Part shown: one piece after another, positions 9,579-17,300 of the stretch
Position numbering within the stretch: position 1 is the first letter of the stretch
Layout of the letters: the number at the start of each line of letters is the position of its first letter
Assembly (NCBI GenBank): GCA_039588295.1
Contig: JBDHAB010000002.1
Span: 14,766-78,765 of the forward strand
Length of the DNA: 64,000 bases
Source of the DNA: Gemmatimonadota bacterium
Lineage (GTDB): Bacteria; Gemmatimonadota; Gemmatimonadetes; Gemmatimonadales; GWC2-71-9
Direction: 5' to 3'
Translations under genes and position numbers: made by a program
Notes under the pieces: model-generated
What the model saw: the letters and a program-made list of their open reading frames with translations, nothing else
Told to the model about the DNA's origin: nothing
Databases searched by the model: none

Positions 9579-10279
9579 CGTACGTCGCTCCGATACCAAC
9601 GGGCGAGCCGTTCGGGACGGACGCCGAGGAGGAAGGCAGTGACCAGGAGACTGTTGCGTAGCCACGTGCAGAATGGCCCTTCGTGCACCCAGCGGCGCGG
9701 CGACACTCGGAGCGGCGCGCCGAGCCGCACCAGGCGACCTCGGCGTCTGAGTGCCCGTATCATCGCCACGTCCTCCATGAGCGGGATTTCCCGGTATCCC
9801 CCGACGGCTTCGAACACCGAGCGGCGCACCAGCAGGCCCTGGTCGCCGTACGGGAGTCCTCCCACTCGGTCACGGACTCGCGCGCCGACCTCCATGAAGC
9901 GCGGCCAGACACCCGCGGCGTCGATGGCGAGACGCCAGACCGCCGCTGGCACCGACTCGCCGACGGCGCGCTCGAGCGTCTCGCGGGCATCTCCCAACAT
10001 GCGAACGTCGGCGTGGAGGAAACACAGCCAATCCCCGGCGACCGCCGCTGCGCCGGCATTCATCTGCGAGGCCCGGCCACGACCGGCCGTGATCACGCGT
10101 GCCCCCGCAGCACGGGCGACCTCCGGCGTGTGGTCGGTCGAGCCACCGTCGACGACCACCAGCTCGACGGAGAGCGACAGCTTCTGGACATCACCTAACA
10201 GTGCGGGGAGGTGGGTCGCCTCGTTGAGGGTCGGGATGACAATGCCGACCGTGGCGCGCGCTTGACGATCGGGATCCAC
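9575..10279 (-). CDS. TIGR04283 family GT2 glycosyltransferase
   Basis: IVIPTLNE, VVDGGSTD, GRASQMNAGA, FLHAD, YGDQG, PLMED, S.RRW; start uncertain. Confidence 0.93.
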   Translation of the reverse strand: MDPDRQARATVGIVIPTLNEATHLPALLGDVQKLSLSVELVVVDGGSTDHTPEVARAAGARVITAGRGRASQMNAGAAAVAGDWLCFLHADVRMLGDARETLERAVGESVPAAVWRLAIDAAGVWPRFMEVGARVRDRVGGLPYGDQGLLVRRSVFEAVGGYREIPLMEDVAMIRALRRRGRLVRLGAPLRVSPRRWVHEGPFCTWLRNSLLVTAFLLGVRPERLARWYRSDVR

Positions 10280-10296
10280 CAATGCCGTGTCGGATC

Positions 10297-11121
10297 CTAT
10301 CCGGGCTGCGGTCCGAATATCGCCGTGTCGTTCAGCGTCCAATCGTAGTCAAGGTAATCCACCCGCACCTCCTCTTCCGCGCGCACGACCGCGGCGTCAT
10401 CCGAGGGCAGAAAGCGGAGCAGGAACTCCACGACGCCTGGCGTCCCACCGAAATCGTCTTTGTACCAATCCAGCACCTTGTTGAGGTACACAACGGGATC
10501 CGGCTTCCGTTCCAACCGGTAGTGCTGGGCACTGGCGACAAACCGCTGCACCGCGGCGTCCAGCTGCTCGTCGAGCTCCTCGGCACTATATGCCGTGGTC
10601 GCCAGGACCGGACACGACCGTGAGGCGCAGTTCACGGCGAAGTGGATCCGCGGCTCACCCATCGGCCGGATGATCTCGTGCTCTATCTCGTCGAGTGCCC
10701 GGGCTTTACCGGCCACGTCGCAGAACTCGCGAGTCCACGTATCCGAGATTTGGCGTATGGAGTTCGCCGGCACGCCTTGCAGGGACCTCACCAAGGACGC
10801 GGGAAACCCGGCCTTCTTGATCGGGTAATGATCGATCACGAGCCGCAACGCGCACGCGTTGTACGCGTTGATCCAGAATGCCAACTGCGCCTTCCTGGGC
10901 GCCCCGGCCAAACGCACCGTGTCGACCGCCTCGAGTGTCTCGAGATAACCGTCGAGGGCCGCCCGGTCTTCTTTGAGCCCGGCGTAGTCGACGAGCCCGT
11001 CCCGCACATGTGCCTGAAGCACGGCGGTAAACGTCGCGTGCTCGGGGGGACCCTGCGCGCGAACGGCCGCGACTGTGATCGTCGTGAGCGCAGCCAGTAT
11101 GTAGACCAGTCGTCGAGTCAT
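10297..11121 (-). CDS. DUF547 domain protein, secreted
   Basis: VDY..LK, LAFWINAYNA, IEH..IR, EPRIHFAVNCASRSCP, YDWTLN; signal peptide. Confidence 0.93.
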   Translation of the reverse strand: MTRRLVYILAALTTITVAAVRAQGPPEHATFTAVLQAHVRDGLVDYAGLKEDRAALDGYLETLEAVDTVRLAGAPRKAQLAFWINAYNACALRLVIDHYPIKKAGFPASLVRSLQGVPANSIRQISDTWTREFCDVAGKARALDEIEHEIIRPMGEPRIHFAVNCASRSCPVLATTAYSAEELDEQLDAAVQRFVASAQHYRLERKPDPVVYLNKVLDWYKDDFGGTPGVVEFLLRFLPSDDAAVVRAEEEVRVDYLDYDWTLNDTAIFGPQPG

Positions 11122-11828
11122 AGCACCTCTTTGGATGTCCCCGACGGCAATTTGAACCCGAGCCGACGGGCGATCAGCGGGATCAGAGTCAGTACGAGAA
11201 ACAGGCCCGCCGCAATGAACAGCCGATTGCGGGCTTCGGCACTGGCCGTCGTCGAGCCCTGCACCAAGGCATCCGCGAAGAACACATACACCAGCGTTCC
11301 CGGCAGGATTCCCACGACCGTGGCCAAGGCGTAGTCACGCCAGCGCATGGCCGTGAGCCCCGCGCCGAAGTTGAGCGCGTTGAACGGCACCAGCGGAATG
11401 AGTCGCAGAATCAAGAGCCCGACAAATCCGTGCTGTGCCGTGGCTCTGTCCAATCCTGCCAGCCGACCCCCCAGGAGACGCTCGATGCCGTCGCGACCCA
11501 AACCACGGGCCAAACGAAACGCGGCACTCGCTCCCACGTTGGCGCCGATGGTCACGAGCAACGCGCCCCAACCGAACCCGAACACAGCGCCGCCCACGAT
11601 GGTGAGCACCGAGCCCGGCAGGGCGAGCGCAGTCGCGAGCGCGTACACGAACACATAGACCATCGGAGCCCATACGCTGCCGCGGGTCGTCTCCAACGTG
11701 CCGAGCAGCCCGTCACGCGACAGGTATTGTGCGAGCGGCGTGGCCCGGACCACGAGCGCTGCTCCTCCCACGATGGCAACCAAGAGCGCGAACTTGAGGA
11801 ACGGGCGCCAGCGGGTCAGGTCAGCCAC
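11118..11828 (-). CDS. TVP38/TMEM64 (VTT, DedA-related) membrane protein
   Basis: LPG..LT..GGA.FG, GA..GA..AF..AR, LRLIPLVPF...N, T..GILPGT; probable GTG start at 11828. Confidence 0.92.
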   Translation of the reverse strand: MADLTRWRPFLKFALLVAIVGGAALVVRATPLAQYLSRDGLLGTLETTRGSVWAPMVYVFVYALATALALPGSVLTIVGGAVFGFGWGALLVTIGANVGASAAFRLARGLGRDGIERLLGGRLAGLDRATAQHGFVGLLILRLIPLVPFNALNFGAGLTAMRWRDYALATVVGILPGTLVYVFFADALVQGSTTASAEARNRLFIAAGLFLVLTLIPLIARRLGFKLPSGTSKEVL

Positions 11829-13240
11829 CGCACCACCCGACGCAACCACACACCCGATCGGCCCGACAGCTTCTCCCGGTAATAGCTGTCCGCCGCTCGC
11901 TTGATGCCCTCCGACATCGTCGGATACGGGTACACGAGCTGCGACAGCCTGGGCAACGTGATGCCGCGCTTGATGGCGAGCACGAGTGGCACCAGTAAAT
12001 CTCCCGCGCCGGAACCGACGACCGTGGCTCCCACGATCTTCCCGTTGGGCTTGGTGACGATCTTGACGAAGCCGTCGTCGTGGCCGTCGACGATGGCGCG
12101 ATCGAGGTCGTTGAACTCGTAGCGGTACACCTCCACTCTGTTCCAACGCGCGCGCGCTTCTTCTTCGGTGAATCCGACGCGGCCCACTTCGGGATCCGTG
12201 TACGTCACCATGGGCACGGCCGCGTAATCCACCTTGGATGTGAACGGGAACACGGCGTTGCGGAGCACGAGCTTCGCGTGATACTCGGCTACGTGGGTGA
12301 ACTGTGGTCCGCCCGCCACGTCACCGGCGGCCCAGACCCCTCGCACCGTCGAGCGGAGCGCTCTGTCGACCGCGATCGCGCCGCGGTCGAGTTCCACCCC
12401 GATGGCCTCGAGTCCCGCGTCACGCGTATTCGGGCGTCGCCCGGCCGCCACGAAGATGCGATCCGTCGGAATCCGCACTTCCTCGCCGGAGTCCCGTCGC
12501 GCGCACACCACTAGCCGGCCGCCATGCTCCCGCTCAACGCGCTCCACCCTGGCACCGACGTGCATCACCACGCCTTCCCGTTCGAGTATGTCGGCCAGCA
12601 CCGTCGCGGCCGACGGCTCTTCCCGCGGCAGCAGCTGCGGGAGCATCTCGACGACCGTGACCTCCGCGCCCAGTCGCCGATACACCTGTGCGAACTCGAG
12701 GCCAATGGGTCCGCCACCCAGCATGGTGATGTGTGCCGGCAGCGTGTTCTGGTCGAAGGCCGTGGCGTGTGTGAGGTAGTCCGTGTCCGCGAGACCGGGA
12801 ATCGGCGGGATACTGGCACTGGCACCGGTCGCGACCACAATGCGCTTGGCCTCGATCGTCCGGCCGTCCACCGCAACGGAACGGGGGGACCGGAGTTCCG
12901 CCTGCCCGAAGATCACCTCGACCCCCATGGCTTTGAATCGCTCGGGGTCGTCGTGATGCGCGACGCGAGCCCTACTGGCACGCATCCGTTCCATGACATC
13001 CTGGAACACGTGGCCGGGTGACGCCCCAACCAGTCCCCAGTGCTCCGCGTTCCGCATGCGATGCGCGACCTTGGCGGACGCGATGAGCGCCTTACTCGGC
13101 ACGCATCCCGTCCACAGGCAGTCCCCGCCCAAGGCCTCGCGCTCCACGATTGCCGTCTTGAGCCCCAAGGCGGCTCCGCCCGCGGCGGTCACGAGGCCGG
13201 CGGTTCCGCCTCCGATGGCGATCAGATCGAACTGCTTCAT
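11816..13240 (-). CDS. Pyridine nucleotide-disulfide oxidoreductase (mercuric reductase/lipoamide dehydrogenase-like)
   Basis: IGGGTAG, GGDCLWTGCVPSK redox pair, GGGPIGLE, AAGDV, YPYPTMSE; no C-terminal CC. Confidence 0.92.
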   Translation of the reverse strand: MKQFDLIAIGGGTAGLVTAAGGAALGLKTAIVEREALGGDCLWTGCVPSKALIASAKVAHRMRNAEHWGLVGASPGHVFQDVMERMRASRARVAHHDDPERFKAMGVEVIFGQAELRSPRSVAVDGRTIEAKRIVVATGASASIPPIPGLADTDYLTHATAFDQNTLPAHITMLGGGPIGLEFAQVYRRLGAEVTVVEMLPQLLPREEPSAATVLADILEREGVVMHVGARVERVEREHGGRLVVCARRDSGEEVRIPTDRIFVAAGRRPNTRDAGLEAIGVELDRGAIAVDRALRSTVRGVWAAGDVAGGPQFTHVAEYHAKLVLRNAVFPFTSKVDYAAVPMVTYTDPEVGRVGFTEEEARARWNRVEVYRYEFNDLDRAIVDGHDDGFVKIVTKPNGKIVGATVVGSGAGDLLVPLVLAIKRGITLPRLSQLVYPYPTMSEGIKRAADSYYREKLSGRSGVWLRRVVRWLT

Positions 13241-13306
13241 AGCCCGCTGCGGACAACGCGCGAAGGGAACTCGCGGTTCCCGGATCCACGCGGTGGCCAC
13301 CTCATG

Positions 13307-14992
13307 TCAGGCCTCTTGGTCCGCCAGTCGCAAGAGCGCGCGACGGAGCCTGGCGTGCGCGTCGAGGAGCCGGACATAGTCCGATTCGCGCCGCCCGCCC
13401 TTGGCCCGGATCACCTCGCGGACGGCTTTCTTCTGCGCCGTGTTCCACCCTCGGATACCGGGGAGCGCCAACACGAGCGGCGCCCATCGCTGCCACGCCA
13501 GCCGCTCGCCGGCAGGCAACCGGTCGAGTGACCGCAGACTGAGTAGGCGCGCAGCTTCTTGCGCACACACGACGATGCCCCGCTCCCGATCCGCACCGAA
13601 CCGCTGCGCGAGATAGCGGCTGACACCGAGACCGATGTTGCCCAAACCGATGCGACCCAGTACGTCGCGGCGGCTCCGCCCGAGCTGGAGGAACATGTAC
13701 TCAGCCGCCAGCTGATTCAGGCGTCGACTTCCGGTCCGGTAGCGCGGGTTTGCCTTGAGCTTGCGCAACTCCTCCCGTACGAGAGCCCGGACCGGCGGAT
13801 CGTGCGGACGGAACCCCAGTTTGTAGTAGAACCACCACGCCCCCGACTCCCGTCCCTCCGCGTTGTCGTGCCCGAGTTGGTATGGGTCGATCGCGAAGCT
13901 CTCGGCACCGAACAGCTGGTGGACCATCGCAAGCACGCGCGCGTACACATGGGCCGCCCCCGCGCCGCGATAGGTCTCGAACACGTTGTACGCGACCTCC
14001 GAGGAGTTGAACAGCGCGCTGCACAGGACATACCCGATCGGCACCCCATTCATCAGGGTGAGAAAGCCGTAGACTGCCTCCAGCATGAGCCGACGCTGCG
14101 GCACCGCGCCCATGCAGGCGAACTGCAGCCCGTCGCCGTAGTCGATTAGCCGGACGTCGCGTTCGTCGGCGTGAAGGAAGACGAGGAGGTCGCGGTGCCG
14201 GGTCACCATGCAGGCGTTGGCGAGTTCGATGAGCCGACGGGCCTCTCGGCGTTCGACCGAGCGCACCCGGAACGTCGCTGCACGGATCGCCTGGCGCAGG
14301 TTGGGTCGGGAGCGCTGTGGCGGCCGCCGCTGGAAGACAATGGGTGCTCCATCCCATTTCTCCCGGCCCCTGGCTGGGGTCGAGGCGCCGGGCGTGAGCA
14401 CGACGGGAACATCGAGATCCTCGTAGAGGTGTTCCCTCAGCGGCGTCTCCACGCCCAGAGCCTGGAAGCGACGGATCAAGAACGCGGCGTCTGTCTCTGC
14501 CGGGCCCTTGAGTGCGGCGAGCCACTCGCGGGCACTGAAACCGAACTCGTCGAGCGCCGGCGTCTCGCTGTACGAGACCAGGAGGTGGAAGAGGCTCTCC
14601 AGTCTCGAGCGACGGTCGAACTCCGACCAGTCGATGACGAGGTGCTCTGGGTAGCGTCGCGCCAACCAGATCGCGGTCAGCCAGAAGAACCGGAAGTGGA
14701 TAGCCGTTCCGGCAATTCCCGTATCGCTGAGCTCGGCTCGAAACCGCTGCAGATCTCCGCGCTGGTCAAACTGCTGAAGCAGACGCTCCGCGGTGCCGAG
14801 GATCGCTTCGTTCTCGGGATACGCACGCGAGAAATTGAGGAACTCGTGCAGGGCGTGGAGCTGCTTCGCCCTCGGAAGTCGCCGCCGCTCGAGTTGGCGC
14901 AGCAGCTCGATCTTGCGCGCCGCGGAGGTCCTCGAGAAGTCGTATTTGAGGCGTTCCAGCTCTCGCAAGATCGCAGGTGCGTTGGCTCGCAC
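13307..14992 (-). CDS. Hypothetical protein with GNAT-like motifs in the C-terminal half
   Basis: 561 aa ORF co-oriented with the cluster; NVFETYRGAG and GAWWFYYKLGFR resemble GNAT motifs A and B. Confidence 0.75.
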   Translation of the reverse strand: MRANAPAILRELERLKYDFSRTSAARKIELLRQLERRRLPRAKQLHALHEFLNFSRAYPENEAILGTAERLLQQFDQRGDLQRFRAELSDTGIAGTAIHFRFFWLTAIWLARRYPEHLVIDWSEFDRRSRLESLFHLLVSYSETPALDEFGFSAREWLAALKGPAETDAAFLIRRFQALGVETPLREHLYEDLDVPVVLTPGASTPARGREKWDGAPIVFQRRPPQRSRPNLRQAIRAATFRVRSVERREARRLIELANACMVTRHRDLLVFLHADERDVRLIDYGDGLQFACMGAVPQRRLMLEAVYGFLTLMNGVPIGYVLCSALFNSSEVAYNVFETYRGAGAAHVYARVLAMVHQLFGAESFAIDPYQLGHDNAEGRESGAWWFYYKLGFRPHDPPVRALVREELRKLKANPRYRTGSRRLNQLAAEYMFLQLGRSRRDVLGRIGLGNIGLGVSRYLAQRFGADRERGIVVCAQEAARLLSLRSLDRLPAGERLAWQRWAPLVLALPGIRGWNTAQKKAVREVIRAKGGRRESDYVRLLDAHARLRRALLRLADQEA

Positions 14993-15182
14993 TGCCTAGC
15001 CCCCCAGTGGATGTCGGTTCTGCCGTCAGTCCTGAGAAGACGGCGCCGAGCCACGGGTGTCAAGCGTGAGTCCCGTCGTACCCCTCACCCGCGCCGCAAC
15101 CCGATGACCATCTCGCAAGATCGTCTCCAAACACGGAGCCCCACCAAACTCGACGGGGCTCCTCGCTGCTCACAACACTCGA

Positions 15183-15225
15183 TGACCGGGCTGGGGCTCG
15201 ACCCAGGACCTACGGAGTAAAGGTC
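15183..15225 (-). repeat. Degenerate direct repeat of the tRNA-Lys 3' half (att-like site)
   Basis: TGACCGGGCTGGGGCTCG-ACCCAGGACCTACGGAGTAAAGGTC matches 20076-20119 with 1 gap and 2 mismatches. Confidence 0.9.
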
Positions 15226-15384
15226 AGACCGCATATAGTGTCAATGTGAGCTGCTGAGAACCGCTCAGCACTGAGGAGCGGCCGAGATTCTGACTGGCAT
15301 CTCGGCGGCTTGATCCCTACCTTTGACGCCTCCAACCAGAGGTCCGGCCGCCTTGTCCAATCAGCTTGACCGCCTGTCAGCCTC

Positions 15385-17277
15385 ATGACTTCCGTGCAAC
15401 ATCCGTTCGATCCGCAGTTCTTCGCGCTCCAGGAGGCGCTCGCCGGGAAGTATTCCCTGGAGGCTGAGCTTGGCCGGGGCGGCATGGGGGTCGTATACCT
15501 CGCCCAGGAGGTGCAGCTGGACCGACCGGTGGCGCTGAAGGTGCTACCGGAAGAATTCTCGAACAAACCCGAACTTCGCGAGCGTTTCCTCCGCGAGGCC
15601 CGCACTGCCGCCAGGCTGTCTCACCCGAACATCATTCCCATCTTTGCCGTCGACGAGGTCGGAGAGTTCGTCTATTTCGCGATGGCGTACGTCGCTGGAG
15701 AAACCCTCGGCCAGAGAGTGCACAATCGCGGCCCGTTACCGCCGTCTGAAGGTGCCCGTGTTCTCAAGGAAGTCGGGTGGGCGTTGGAGTACGCGCATTC
15801 TCAGGGCGTTGTACATCGCGATGTGAAGCCCGACAACATTCTGCTGGAGGAGGGGACGGGGCGCGCGCTGGTAGCTGATTTCGGGATCGCCGGTTTACTG
15901 GAGGGAGCGGCAGCGACCGGCGTCGGCGAGATCATCGGCACGGCTGAGTTCATGAGCCCCGAACAAGCCCGGGGCGAAGGCGTGGATGCACGAAGTGACA
16001 CCTACTCGATGGGCGTGGTGGGATTCTACGCGCTCTCTGGGAAACTTCCCTTCCACGATGAACGCGTTGTCGAGGTGCTGAGACAGCATCGGGAAGATCC
16101 GGCACCGCCGTTGAAGACCGTCGCTCCCCACGTGCCGAGTCGCTTGGCGCGGTGCGTCGACCGATGCCTTGCGAAGGAACCAGGCGCGCGATTCGAGACG
16201 GCCGCGGCCTTCTCCGATGCGGTGGACGCGGCGATGCGTGAGCGGCGCGACGTGCCGGTACCGGTGCGGAACTTCATCAATGATCCGATCGACCTGCCCG
16301 GTGACGGCGTTGCCTACTTCGTGTTTTCGATCGCGATGGCCACGCCAGCAGTGTTTCTTGCCCTGGAAGAAGGAGCCTTGAACTTCCTCGCAGCCTTCGT
16401 CGCAGGGTACGGCGCGTTTATCCTCGCACCACCGCTTGCGCTTTCGATACATCGCATCCGTCGGCTATTGGCTTCCGGTCATACTCTAGCAGATCTCAAG
16501 GCCGCTGTGCGGATCGAAGTGGAACGCCGGCGTGAGGAACTGGCATACAGCCACGGCGCGGAGGCCTCCTCTGCGGAGAAGACGGCTTTCCGAGTGGCGA
16601 CGGTCGCTGGAGGCGGCCTGTTGGCGAGTTTTGCGGCCTTCTTTGGATTGCTTCCCAATGTGGACGCGTGGATGTTCGTCTATCCGGGTTCCGTGTTGGC
16701 CGGGACGATCTCGCTGGCTGTCGGCACTACGCTCAGGGCGCGACGGATCGACCAGAAGGCTGAGCGTCGCTTCAAGTTCTGGAAAGGCACACTGGCCAAG
16801 TGGCTCTTCAAGGTGGCCGGCATCGGACTCAAGCAGAAGGCGCTGCCGATGCGGCCGACGCATCGCCCCACCGAACTGCAAATCGGTTTTGCCATCGACG
16901 CCTTGTACGAGCAACTCCCGAAGGAGATCCGCTCCGGATTGGGTGACGTGTCATCGGTCGTGCGGCAACTGGAAGCCGACGCGCAGACTCTCCGACAGAC
17001 ACTCGAGATGTTGAACGACGCGCACGCGGCAGCACGAGCGGCCGGGAGCGAGATTCCCACCGATTTGAAAGACGCACGGGAAACTACAGAGAAACATTTG
17101 GCGGAGGCGGTCGCCTCGCTGGAAACCGTTCGTCTCGGATTGTTGCGCTTGACGGCCGGTACGGGAACCGTGGAGAGTCTTACGACCGATCTCGCGGCGG
17201 CCGCTGACGTGGGAGATGCAATCGACCACCTGATGGCAGGTATGACGGACGTGGAGCTGCTACTGCGGCCGACGTGA
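15385..17277 (+). CDS. Hanks-type Ser/Thr protein kinase with a multi-TM region and helical C-terminus
   Basis: LGRGGMGVVY, VALKV, HRDVKPDN, DFG, GTAEFMSPEQ; about 4 hydrophobic segments downstream. Confidence 0.95.
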   Translation: MTSVQHPFDPQFFALQEALAGKYSLEAELGRGGMGVVYLAQEVQLDRPVALKVLPEEFSNKPELRERFLREARTAARLSHPNIIPIFAVDEVGEFVYFAMAYVAGETLGQRVHNRGPLPPSEGARVLKEVGWALEYAHSQGVVHRDVKPDNILLEEGTGRALVADFGIAGLLEGAAATGVGEIIGTAEFMSPEQARGEGVDARSDTYSMGVVGFYALSGKLPFHDERVVEVLRQHREDPAPPLKTVAPHVPSRLARCVDRCLAKEPGARFETAAAFSDAVDAAMRERRDVPVPVRNFINDPIDLPGDGVAYFVFSIAMATPAVFLALEEGALNFLAAFVAGYGAFILAPPLALSIHRIRRLLASGHTLADLKAAVRIEVERRREELAYSHGAEASSAEKTAFRVATVAGGGLLASFAAFFGLLPNVDAWMFVYPGSVLAGTISLAVGTTLRARRIDQKAERRFKFWKGTLAKWLFKVAGIGLKQKALPMRPTHRPTELQIGFAIDALYEQLPKEIRSGLGDVSSVVRQLEADAQTLRQTLEMLNDAHAAARAAGSEIPTDLKDARETTEKHLAEAVASLETVRLGLLRLTAGTGTVESLTTDLAAAADVGDAIDHLMAGMTDVELLLRPT

Positions 17278-17300
17278 GCGCTGCACAGCCCCAGGGCCAG

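Noticed and set aside
11816-13240. Calling this gene merA or lpdA
   Set aside because: No C-terminal CC pair, NmerA domain or mer genes; lacks the Lpd HPT-x-x-E motif and dehydrogenase context
8985-14992. Selenocysteine TGA read-through in the selenodomain-associated cluster
   Set aside because: All proteins appear full-length with Cys motifs; no in-frame TGA interrupting a domain was seen
15183-15260. Possible second tRNA gene
   Set aside because: Only the 3' half is present; there is no D-arm or 5' acceptor strand and the T-loop has a deletion. Treated as an att repeat
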